DNA of 64,000 nt, from positions 120,466,001-120,530,000 of the forward strand of contig OX597817.1 in the NCBI GenBank assembly GCA_951406725.2, read 5' to 3'. This DNA comes from Octopus vulgaris. Lineage: Eukaryota. The notes under the pieces were generated by a model, which saw nothing but the letters and a program-made list of their open reading frames with translations, did no database searches and was not told the origin of the DNA. The translations under genes were made by a program, and so were the position numbers. Shown in pieces: positions 53,591-64,000 of the stretch (position 1 is the first letter of the stretch; every line of letters begins with the position of its first letter).

Positions 53591-54149
53591 TTTGATGGCT
53601 AAGCAAATATTTGCAGTGGGTGTAAAATTATACAAAAAGAAATTAAAAGTATAAAATTTTTCATTCTATGAAAGCAGGTTTTCAAAGAAAACATAATGGC
53701 TGAACAATTGACTTAACAGCAATGATAAATCTAAAAAACTTAAGAACATTTGTTGTTAGAATATATTTCCTGGTTTACAGAAAACATTATTCACTAGGCT
53801 TTGAATAGGGCACAGCAATGCAGAAATATCAACTTGATGCTATTTAACAATTTATTTGAAGACAGGTGAGTAAAATTGTTTTAATGTACTATTTAGCTTT
53901 TTATTTATATATATAAAATGGCGGTGCCCCAGCATGGCCACAGCTTGTGAGCTGAAACTAGATAAGATAAAAAAAAAAAAAAAATAAATAAATATATATA
54001 TATATATATATAGCATATATTAAAATTGTTGCCTTTGAAAAGCTTGTAGTCGGAATTCAGGTCTTGAAAACGTGCCCCAGCACGTTCGGGGCAACAGCGC
54101 CATTGCAGGCACACTTCTCGTGTGTCCACTTTGGTTGTCAGTTCACACT

Positions 54150-54241
54150 AAAGACTTTTTCAATTCCCAAGCATTATGCTAATACATCTGTTTGTTTTCT
54201 ACACTGCCTGTCTTCGTCTTTTGTTTTTTTCGTGAATTCTC

Positions 54242-54243
<2 letters not shown>
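54150..54243 (+). mobile_element. Penelope-like tail (same family as 6210 and 44460)
   Basis: AAAGACTTTTTC..CTAATACATCTG..CCTGTCTTCGTCTTTTGTTTTTTTCGTGAATTCTCCC, then (AT)n. Confidence 0.6.
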
Positions 54244-54316
<73 letters not shown>

Positions 54317-54405
54317 TGATGATGATGATATATATATATATATATATGATGATATATATGTATATATATATATATATGATATATATATATATATACATAT
54401 ATATA

Positions 54406-54446
<41 letters not shown>

Positions 54447-54608
54447 GGTGCAAGTGTTGCTGTGTGGTAAGAAGCTTGCTTCCCAATCATATGGTTCTAG
54501 GTTCAGTTCCACTGCATGACATCTTGGGCAAGTGTCTTCTACTATAGCCTCAGGCCGGCCAAAACCTTGTGAGTCGATTTGGTATACAGAAACTGAAAGA
54601 AGCCCATC

Positions 54609-54654
<46 letters not shown>

Positions 54655-54885
54655 GTATTTGTTATTTGTGTCTGTGTTTGTCCCCACCACCAACATTGCT
54701 TAACAAACAATGTTGATATGTTTATGTTCTTGTCACTTAGCAGTTTGGCAAAAAGAGACTGATAGAATAAGTTCTAGGCTTACAAAGAATAAGTCCTGGG
54801 GGTTCGATCTGTTTGACTAAAGGTGGTGCTCTAGCATGGCCACAGTCAAATGACTGAAACAAGTAAAAAAAAATAAAAGAATATA
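54447..54885 (+). mobile_element. SINE family A, full length
   Basis: Collinear with 63055-63447. Confidence 0.9.
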
Positions 54886-55760
54886 AGAAAATGAGATGAC
54901 AAAGGAATAAATGAATATCTTATGAATTTCATTAGCTTACAGTTCTTTCTGCTACTAGATGCAGTGGATTCATTACTAAGTGCCTGTGCAACACCTTAAA
55001 GCTTCATCAGAGCCTTGAATACACACAAACACTCACAGACATATGTATGTGTGTGTGTGTCTGTATGTACACACATACACACACACATATGAGTGTGTGT
55101 ATGTGTCTGTGTTTGTGAAATACTGTTACAAACCAATGTGTCGAGTTGCTTTCCTTTATGTCGCAAAATTATCTTACTTATTTCATAAACAGATATTGAT
55201 AAAATAAGTGCCAGACTTCAATAAATATTGCAGAGGATAAGATCATCTAAAACCCTTTAAAGTTGGTATTCCAGCATGATTGCAGCCCAGTGATTGAAAC
55301 CAGTAAGCGAGTAAACAAATAAAGAAGTTACAAAAAAAGAAACAACAACCAATTGCTTTTCCTTTTTTTCTAATTGTTATGATAATGCAAGTCAAAAGAT
55401 CCACAAAATAATCAGATAGTAAATTAATAAAATTTTGAATTATGCTTTGAGCAATTATAGGATGCATATTTACTAGGAATACAATTCTTTATAAACTATT
55501 TTAGGCCATCTTTCTTTCCCTTCATCTCTCTCTTTTGCTGTGTCTCTGTTTCAGAACATGTGCATAAACATACACATACAACACATACACATACAATGTA
55601 ATTCAATTTTTATTACTCACAAAATAGCTTTGCTTTCAGAATTAAAGGGAGAGAGAGTAAAATTCCATTTATTTTAACAGGGGAAAATAGCTGAATAAAA
55701 AATAAATAAATAAATGAACAAACAAGAATGCTAAAGAGACGCAAATCAAAAGCAAAACAA

Positions 55761-55804
<44 letters not shown>

Positions 55805-55809
55805 TAATG

Positions 55810-55858
<49 letters not shown>

Positions 55859-56325
55859 GTATAAATGCATTTCGTTTCATTTCTCATTGTTAAACACCTC
55901 TGTCTCCATGAACATGCTTTTAGTAAATAAACATTTGTCATTTGCTAGTGCCGTCTTCAACATAATTTGTAGACTTTAATAATAAATTCAGTATAAAGTG
56001 TTGATAAAAGCAAAAATAAATAAATAAATAAATAAATAAAATAAAAATAAAAAAATAGCTGAAATATATAATAAAAATAAGAGAACAGAAGCACTAACAT
56101 TTTCTCTATCGTTTTCAAAATAACAATTTTATATATCATTTTTCCATAAAGGTATATTTTATTAGCAATATCCAGGCTTATTTCATGAAATTTTATATGA
56201 TTTTGTAGATTGTTTGCACGAAGCTATTTATGCATATGTGCATGTGAGTTTATATGTGTGTGTATATGTGTGTGCATGTATCTGTGTGGATATATGTATA
56301 TGTGTATGTATATATATATATACAC

Positions 56326-56363
<38 letters not shown>

Positions 56364-57597
56364 GCATATATATTTAAAAATGCCTACACACATAGATATA
56401 TATATGTATGTATATATGTACATAACTTGTTTAAATATTTTATTTTCCCATTTTCTTCCACTTCGCTTTTTCTTTCTTTTTTTTTGCTTTAACTTCAAAT
56501 TATTACAAAACAAATGCCACTGAGAGTCATAACACTGCAATTATTTTAAATTATAGGTTCAAACATTTTATAATTGGATTATTTCTTTCTTAAAGGATGA
56601 CATTATAAAATGATAAATTCACAGGTGACTCTTCAGCTGCAAAAGGCTTCAATTTAGATAATCTAGTGTCATTTTAAAGCATGCTTTTGAGAAGGTATCA
56701 ACTTAAAGTTTAATTATATCAAGGTTCTTTCTTCACCAAGGTGAGATTATCATTTTTCTTTTAGAGTAATAATATATAATGAGTTAGATTTTTTTGTTCT
56801 TAAATTACATTTGGAATTTCATATCTCATGCCATTTTATTAATTTGCTGAAATGACATGCATAAAGCCCCACATTTCTTGAAGAAAGGCATAGTTGATTA
56901 AAGTAACTGTCACAAAGAGATGAAAGCTAAGTATTTTAAGGGTTTTTTTACCCCTACCTGACAGAAAAAGAATTTGAACTTAAGAATTACTGTTTTGGCA
57001 TTTAATCTGTTATTTGTACCAACTTCATAATTTTATATGTTAAACAGAATGATGATGATGATGAAAAAGTTCTTTTACACTGAATTTTAAAATATATTCT
57101 AGGCATAAGTTTATAGGTTTGGGCAGTGACAGATCTACCATAAAACTAATGAAGATTAAGCTTCAGGGCCCCTAATCCCAGAAGGGCCCCTCTGAAGCAA
57201 CTTAATTTTTTCATTCTGTCAATTTTTTTGTTTTTGTATTTTGCCATGCAGATTGCTGTTATCAGTCTTAGTGAATGTCATATTATATACCTATGCAGAG
57301 TCCAGTCACAAGTTGTTCACCTGCTTTTTCTGCCAGTGTGGAGTAGCATAAAAAGTAAAAGTACAAACGACTCACAGATAATTCGTTTTCCTTGAATTTT
57401 TTTGGAAACTTCAGCCCTGCCCCTCCCATTGTCAAATATGTCTACTACTACATCAGCACAGTAGAGATAAGAATTCTTATTTTCACATCATTATTTAATG
57501 ACCAATGAAAGGGTTTGCCTTCTAATTTTGGACTTGAAATCTGTTCAATAACAAAACATTTTTTCTACTTTAAAAATTGTGTGTAAATATATAATCG

Positions 57598-57802
57598 ATG
57601 CTAGTGCTGCTTGTCTGGCTCTAAAAAGCACTCACTATACTCTTGGAGTGGTTGGTGTTAAGAATGGCATCCAGCTGTAGAAACCTTGCCAGATCAAAGT
57701 GGAGCCTGGTGCAGCCTCCTGGTTTGCCAGTCCTCAGTCAAGCTGTCCAATCCATGCCAGCATGGACAGCGCCGGTTAAACGATGAAGCAGGTGATGATG
57801 AT
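57598..57802 (+). mobile_element. SINE family B
   Basis: GGAGTGGTTGGTGTTAAGAATGGCATCCAGCTGTAGAAA..GTTAAACGATG. Confidence 0.8.
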
Positions 57803-57860
57803 GCATGTATTTTATATACATATATACATACATATATATATATGTATATATATATATATA

Positions 57861-57904
<44 letters not shown>

Positions 57905-57907
<3 letters not shown>

Positions 57908-58062
57908 AGGAACTTCTTTCAGTTTCTCTACCAAATCCACTTAGAAGGATTTGAGCAGCCCAGGTCTATAATAGAAGACACGTGCCCAATGAGCTACACA
58001 GTGGGACTGAACCCTCATGTGGTTGGGAAGCAAAGTTCTTAACGACAGAACGATGCCTGCAT
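57905..58062 (-). mobile_element. SINE family A, 5' half
   Basis: CTTCTTTCAGTTTC..CAAATCCAC..CAGTGGGACTGAACC. Confidence 0.78.
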
Positions 58063-58851
58063 CTATTTTATAGTTATTAAAATTGAGATCATATTGTATC
58101 AAGTTCTAAATCCCTGTACATATGATTACAGTAAAGACGACATGATTACAGTAAAGACGTACATATATTACAATTTCTTTCCAGTGAAAATCTTAGCTGT
58201 TAGCTCATCCATATTTTGTAGCTCATTCATATAATGTGATGTAAATATCTTCTAAGGTTTAAACTTCTCTGCATGCTAATATTTATCTTGCTTCCATGGC
58301 CTTGAGTGAATGAATGAGATGAAATCTATCCCTACTAGCTCCTAAATGGGATGCAAAGTCTATTACAAGCAAAATTTACAGATGGTTTGATACCTGTTTA
58401 TTATAAGAGCTAGGTGAACTGAAGCAGGCAAGATATATATTTACCTGCTTGAAAACACATCAAGACTCTTGCAGCATATTTGAGCTCCTAACTCATGTGT
58501 TGGTAGGTCAATGCCTTAAACTTAGTCATGCAACCTTTGACCTCTACACATTAAAGAAAGGATAACTAGAAATCATCAGTTGAATTTGCTTCATGTGATC
58601 AGTTCCATACATGTTATAGTTCTGTTCAAACAGAGCTGGTTGAGAGCACCCAATAACAATAACAGGAGTATCCCTAGCATCCTGAAAATAGAGGTGGGGT
58701 TAAACAAAAGACTAGCTACTTCTCCTCTAGTATGCTACAAAATGCATTGAAAGAACCAGAGAACATGGCAGGCATGGACTGACTAACATACTATACTATA
58801 CAGATTAGTTTATAATATGAATATATTTGTAATAGTCAAAAAGACATCAAT

Positions 58852-59182
58852 ATCATCATCATCATCATCATCATTTAACGTCCGTTTTCCATGCTAGCAT
58901 GGGTTGGACATTTCGACCGGGGTCTGGTAAGCCATGGAGGCTGCACCGGGCTCTAGTCTGACTTGGCAGTGTTTCTACAGCTGGATGCCCTTCCTAACGC
59001 CAACCACTCCGTGAGTGTAGTGGGTGATTTTTACGTGCCACCGGCACAGGAGCCAGAGCAGGCTGGCAAATGGCCATGATCGGCTGGTGCTTTTACGTGT
59101 CACCGACACAGACGCCAGTCAGGCGACGCTAGTAACTACCACGCTCGAATGGTTCTTTTTCCTTGTCACCGGCACAGGTGTC
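58852..59182 (-). mobile_element. SINE family B, young, with three internal TTTT(A/C)C(G/T)TG(C/T)CACCG(G/A)CACAG units
   Basis: CpG-rich; (CAT)n-TTAACGTCCGTTTTCCATGCTAGC end. Confidence 0.9.
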
Positions 59183-59200
59183 TTAATATATATATATTTA

Positions 59201-59603
59201 TATATATTTACCAAATAATAATAATAAGACAAAGAAAATTCTTTAACACATCTCCAATGAGTCATTAAAATTGTTTCCCTACTAATTCTATTTGCGATAC
59301 CATTTCACACAAAAATTTTAAGTGAAAATTTACGTAACATTTGTGGTTTTAGATATTATAGAAGTTTCAGACATTAGAGAATTTTCAGGACATTAGAGAA
59401 ATTTTAAGCATAAGAGAGGTTTTAGACATTAGAGTAGTGCTTCTCTAAAATCTAAAACCTCAAACATTACATAAATTTTCACTTCAAATTTTTGCGCAAA
59501 CTGGTGTTGCAAATAGAGCTGGAACAGAAACAATTGTAATGAATCATTAACGATGTGTTAAAGAATTTTATTTGTCTTCTTCTTATCATTTAATAAATAT
59601 ATA
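59201..59603. mobile_element. Fold-back element with 164-bp arms and a tandem-repeat loop, in (TA)n
   Basis: Arms 59201-59364 and 59440-59603 are inverted copies; five 18-19-bp units span 59346-59436. Confidence 0.8.
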
Positions 59604-59619
59604 TAAAAGAACAGAGTGA

Positions 59620-59651
<32 letters not shown>

Positions 59652-59707
59652 ATATATATATATATTCCACCTGCCTTCGTCTTGTGTTTATTTTCATAAA
59701 GCTTCCC

Positions 59708-59754
<47 letters not shown>

Positions 59755-59869
59755 GTGTGAGAGAGAGAGATAGATAGATAGATAGATAGTCACTCTGTTC
59801 TTCCTGCACTAAAAAAATAACTAGTTTATCTTTTCCTGCTTTGCCTGTTACTTGGTAACCCCACAAGTG

Positions 59870-60040
59870 GTGGTGGTGGTATGAAAAAAGCACCTACGAT
59901 ACACTGTAACATGGCTGGTATTAGTAAGAGCATCAAGCTGCAGAGTCCATGTTAAACCTGACAGTAGATCTTGTCAAACTGTCCAATCCATACCAGAATG
60001 GAAAACGGATGTTAAATGATGATGATGATGATGATGATAC
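59870..60040 (+). mobile_element. SINE family B, diverged
   Basis: Ends GGAAAACGGATGTTAAATGATGATG. Confidence 0.7.
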
Positions 60041-60229
60041 TGATATATATATATATATATATAAAGAGCATGGGAAAGAGAGAGATAGCTAAATACACAC
60101 AGACACACATATATGTATAAATATATATTTACATCTGTGCACACATACACTATACACACACTATATAGATATGAATACCAATATATATATATATGATATA
60201 TATGTAAATAAAATTCATATATATATATA

Positions 60230-60600
60230 TAAAATATGTGGTCTAACTCTTATATATGATACCCATAACCGCACTGGTGGTATAGACAAACAAAATAAAA
60301 ACAAGAAAACAAATATTTCCCTTGGTCAATCACATGAATCACTTTTATTTCAGATCATTAATGTAAGGCCTTTTAATGTTTCTTCAATTACTATACTGCA
60401 TCAAAATAATATCGTAATAAACTTATTTTCTCTATCATCTTTTTATATATTTTTCCTCCCTAATAAATTATTCATTCTATTACAAAAAGGTTGTCATGGG
60501 AGCGTACCAATAAATAAATATAGCTCCTTCTTTTTTAGAAACTTGTTTTCATGTTCAGGATGTAACCTCGATATTTTCTGAGGATTTTGCCTGACATAGG
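60230..60600 (-). mobile_element. Possible Penelope-like 3' remnant
   Basis: - strand relic NIEVT(S/I)..EHENKFLKKKELYLFI..PFCNR loosely resembles a GIY-YIG C-terminus, followed by TTGATGC..GAAAC and a T-rich tail into (TA)n. Weak. Confidence 0.3.
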
Positions 60601-61747
60601 ATTTTGTATTACACCTGTCTCTTGACTAATTACCACTATTGAATCATTGAATCTGTGTGAAAAAAAAAGTGGGAAATAGCCAAAGCTATTCATTTTTACT
60701 TGCTGATTGGTTATTTCACTCCTCCTTCTACTACCACTACTACTACTACTACCACCTCACCCACCACCACCACCACACTACCGACAAATAATAAGAATCT
60801 CTAAAATTGGTATGTGTAGGTGTGTGTGAACAAGGACACATACCCACCCACTCATATATATATGTACATATGCAACACACTAATCAACATATATACCCAT
60901 TAGCCGAAAAATATTAAATATATATATATATATATATATAAATGTGTGTATATATATATATTTGTAACTTTCTCTCTCTTTCTCTCTCTAAAGTCACAAA
61001 CACACACACATATATATATAAATACATATATATATATGTGTGTGTGTGTGTGTTGTCATTTGTATTTAGATGTTCACGTGTGTGTGTAAAGAGAAAGTAA
61101 ATTAAGATGAGAGCTAAAAAGTATACGACAATAACAACAACAACAAAACTGCCTGATAAATCTTGACTGTTGACAAGAATTAGTCTTTTTTTGCCAATTA
61201 CTGATGTTGAATGTGAATGCGAAGGTAATAGCAACAGCCATGGTGACAGTGACTGCAGTGGAAGTGGTGGTGGTTGTGATGGTAGTGGCGGTATGGTTCG
61301 AGGACATTAAAAGATATTTAATAAAAATCCACAGAATGAAACAAATTTTCCAATTTGGTCAATAATTGCCTTGTCAGGTTGCAATGATGCTTAAATGGGT
61401 GATCATTTATGACACTCAACTAACAAATAACTAAATCCAATGACATTACTCCAGTTAATCTGTATTTTACATTAGGTTTCCAACATTTTAGGCCATTCAC
61501 ACTTTAATAGTAAGGATAAAAGAAAAATAAAAGTGTCTGAGTGAAAAAAAATTATTCATAATAGGGTAATGTAGATTAGTATGAGAAGAGATTTTTTCTA
61601 AATGTTGGGAGCTGTAAGTGAAGTCACGTGTGTGTGTATTTGCAGAAAGGGAAACAAAACCAAAAGACAAAAACAAATGGTTAACAACCAACAATAAAAA
61701 GATAATTTTTTTTTCAAAATTTAATGAAGTAAATAATGAGCATTTCA

Positions 61748-62220
61748 TTGCTTCTCAACTACGTGGTTCCGGGTTCAATCCCACTGCATGACACCTTGGG
61801 CAAATGTCTTCTACTATAGCCTCAGGCTGACCAAAGCCTTGTGAGTGGATTTGGTAGATGGAAACTGAAAGAAGCCCTTTGTGTTATCATCATCATCATC
61901 ATTTAATGTCTGTTGTTCATAATGGCATAGGTTGAACGGTTTGACTGGGCTGGCACACTGGAAGGCTGCACCAAACCCCAGTCTGATTATCATATATATA
62001 TATATATATACCTGTGCGTGTGTATGTATATATATCTATGTGTGTGTGTGTTTCTGTGTTTGTGTTTGTCCCCCACCATCGCTTGACAACCGGTGGTAGT
62101 GTGTTTATGTCCCTGTAACTTAGCAGTTTGGCAAAAGGAGACTGACAAAATAAGTACAAAACTTCAAAAAAAATAATAAGTTCATGGCTGCAGTCAAATG
62201 ACAGGAGCAAGTAAAAAATA
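61748..62220 (+). mobile_element. SINE family A with a family B fragment (61886-61990, - strand) inside its central microsatellite
   Basis: 5' half at 61748-61880, 3' half at about 62040-62220. Confidence 0.8.
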
Positions 62221-63054
62221 AACAATGTACAGGTGTATGTGAGTGTGTGTTTTAGTCAGAAAGAAGCAGCAGTGCCGATATCCTTGATAGAACTGCTTAA
62301 GACTGGTGACAATTATATGGTTAATATTTAGTTTGAAATTCTACAAAGTCAGAAACTGCAGAAAAATTGTAGTTTGGCACAGGAATTCTAGAGATTTTTT
62401 TTTTTTTTTTGTTCTAGAAACATGGTTTGGAATAATTGTCAGATATGTGTATGGTTTGGATGAAACTTAGTGAGGCAGTATTTTACACTCAGATACCCTT
62501 CCTGTTAACAACATTTGTTTTTGAAATGAGGTAGTTCTCATTTCATTCAACTTCTCATGCTGAAATCACAAATACTACCAAAATACGGAATATATTTTGC
62601 TCAAATGATATCTAAGTGTAGACATAAGGAAACACATACACAAACACACACGTACATATGAATATATGACAGGTTCCTGTAGTGTTTCTTCTGTCTACCA
62701 AATTTCACTCACAAAGCATCGGCCAGCATTTACATTGTACGTGTATGGCCATAGTAAACTAGTTATATAATATTTAAAAGTTATGACACTTTACATTAAT
62801 TTGACAGGAATAACGTTTCTCCAGGGCACATCTCAAGTGCTGAATCGATTTACATGATTACAATTCCGTCAATATGTTTTAGCATTCAATCATATTTTAG
62901 TATTTAAGAAAGGTGGACACAGAGCACCAGATCAACATATGCCATCATTAACATGTGAAGTTTAAGTCAAATTAAAATACATTGCATCTGATGATATATA
63001 ATGCAGAACAATAAAGTATGAAATTGTGTGTGTGTGTATATATATATATATATA

Positions 63055-63445
63055 GGCGCAGGAGTGGCTGTGTGGTAAGTAGCTTGTTTACCAACCACAT
63101 GGTTCCGGGTTCAGTCCCACTGCGTGGCACCTTGGGCAAGTGTCTTCTGCTATAGCCCCGGGCCGACCAATGCCATGTGAGTGGATTTGGTAGACGGAAA
63201 CCGAAAGAAGCCTGTCGTATATTTGTATATATATGTATGTGTGTGTATGTGTTTGTCCCCCTAGCATTGCTTGACAACCGATGTTGGTGTGTTTACGTCC
63301 CCGTCACTTAGCGGTTCGGCAAAAGAGACCGATAGAATAAGTACTGGGCTAACAAAGAATAAGTCCCGGGGTTGATTTGCTCGACTAAAGGCGGTGCTCC
63401 AGCATGGCCACAGTCAAATGACTGAAACAAGTAAAAGAGTAAAGA

Positions 63446-63447
<2 letters not shown>
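63055..63447 (+). mobile_element. SINE family A, young full-length reference copy
   Basis: GGCGCAGGAGTGGCTGTGTGGTAAG (A-box-like) and GGGTTCAGTCCC (B-box-like); CpGs retained; more than 15 relatives in the window. Confidence 0.95.
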
Positions 63448-63480
<33 letters not shown>

Positions 63481-63527
63481 TATATATATATATATATATA
63501 TATGTGTGTATGTGCGTGTGTGTGCGT

Positions 63528-63733
63528 GCGATCTTTCGGTACAAATACCATAACTGCCAAGTCTGTTTGTTTACATTTGAAGAAGAAGGTCGTCACTTTC
63601 TGTCAAGTTTTTTTAATATATATATGGGGTTAGGGTTATGGGTGGGGGAAAAGGGTTTCTTTTTTCTTCAGAAATGTAAATAAACCCATGTGGGTTTATA
63701 ATTGGCAATTATGATGCTTGTACCGAAAGATCG

Positions 63734-63734
<1 letters not shown>
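63528..63734. mobile_element. MITE with about 33-bp TIRs in a TA/TG-repeat context
   Basis: GCGATCTTTCGGTACAA (63528-63544) and TTGTACCGAAAGATCGC (63718-63734) are a perfect 17-bp inverted pair that extends imperfectly to about 33 bp. Confidence 0.8.
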
Positions 63735-63813
<79 letters not shown>

Positions 63814-64000
63814 ATATGCAAATGGGGCAATTCCCTTATATTTGAGACACTGAGAGAATTGCTGTACAAAGCACCTGTCAAACCCATGTCTGCTCTGTGA
63901 AAAAGGGATGCTAAAAGGACGATTATGTTGCATATATGTTTTTGATGACATGTGTCATGGAGTTGATGTTAGCTATTGTTATTCATTCATGTATGCAGTC

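Noticed and set aside
57124-57200. CAGTGACAGATCTACC..CTTCAGGGCCCC..GGGCCCCTCTGAAG hairpin as a MITE end or structured RNA
   Set aside because: It resembles a DNA-transposon left end, but I found no matching right TIR or second copy, so it is left uncalled.
63626-63648. Interstitial telomere
   Set aside because: There is only one exact TTAGGG, and it is inside a MITE.

Overview
AT-rich, microsatellite-saturated eukaryotic DNA. The repeat families (tRNA-headed SINEs, TTAA MITEs, a (TAA)n-embedded R4/Dong-like LINE, RTE, Helitrons, mariner/maT relics) look like an octopod cephalopod genome; this is inferred from recalled repeat sequences, not from a database search. I found no intact protein-coding, rRNA or tRNA gene and no CRISPR array. 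Most ORFs in the supplied track are translations of simple repeats or SINEs, and the recognisable protein fragments are transposon relics. The window reads as intergenic or deep intronic, with a few weak + strand exon candidates. The main unexplained signal is a set of short elements sitting in (TA)n tracts, often as fold-backs, that carry minimal type I hammerhead ribozyme cores of the kind known from Penelope-like elements. The best case is a 253-bp palindrome (22997-23249) with a hammerhead on each strand. In another copy the 5' edge falls at the predicted self-cleavage site and is fused to a foreign CpG-rich fragment (54020-54243). Several microsatellite-bounded duplications, inversions and one circular permutation are also present. 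Coordinates were read by eye and element ends may be off by a few to tens of bp.
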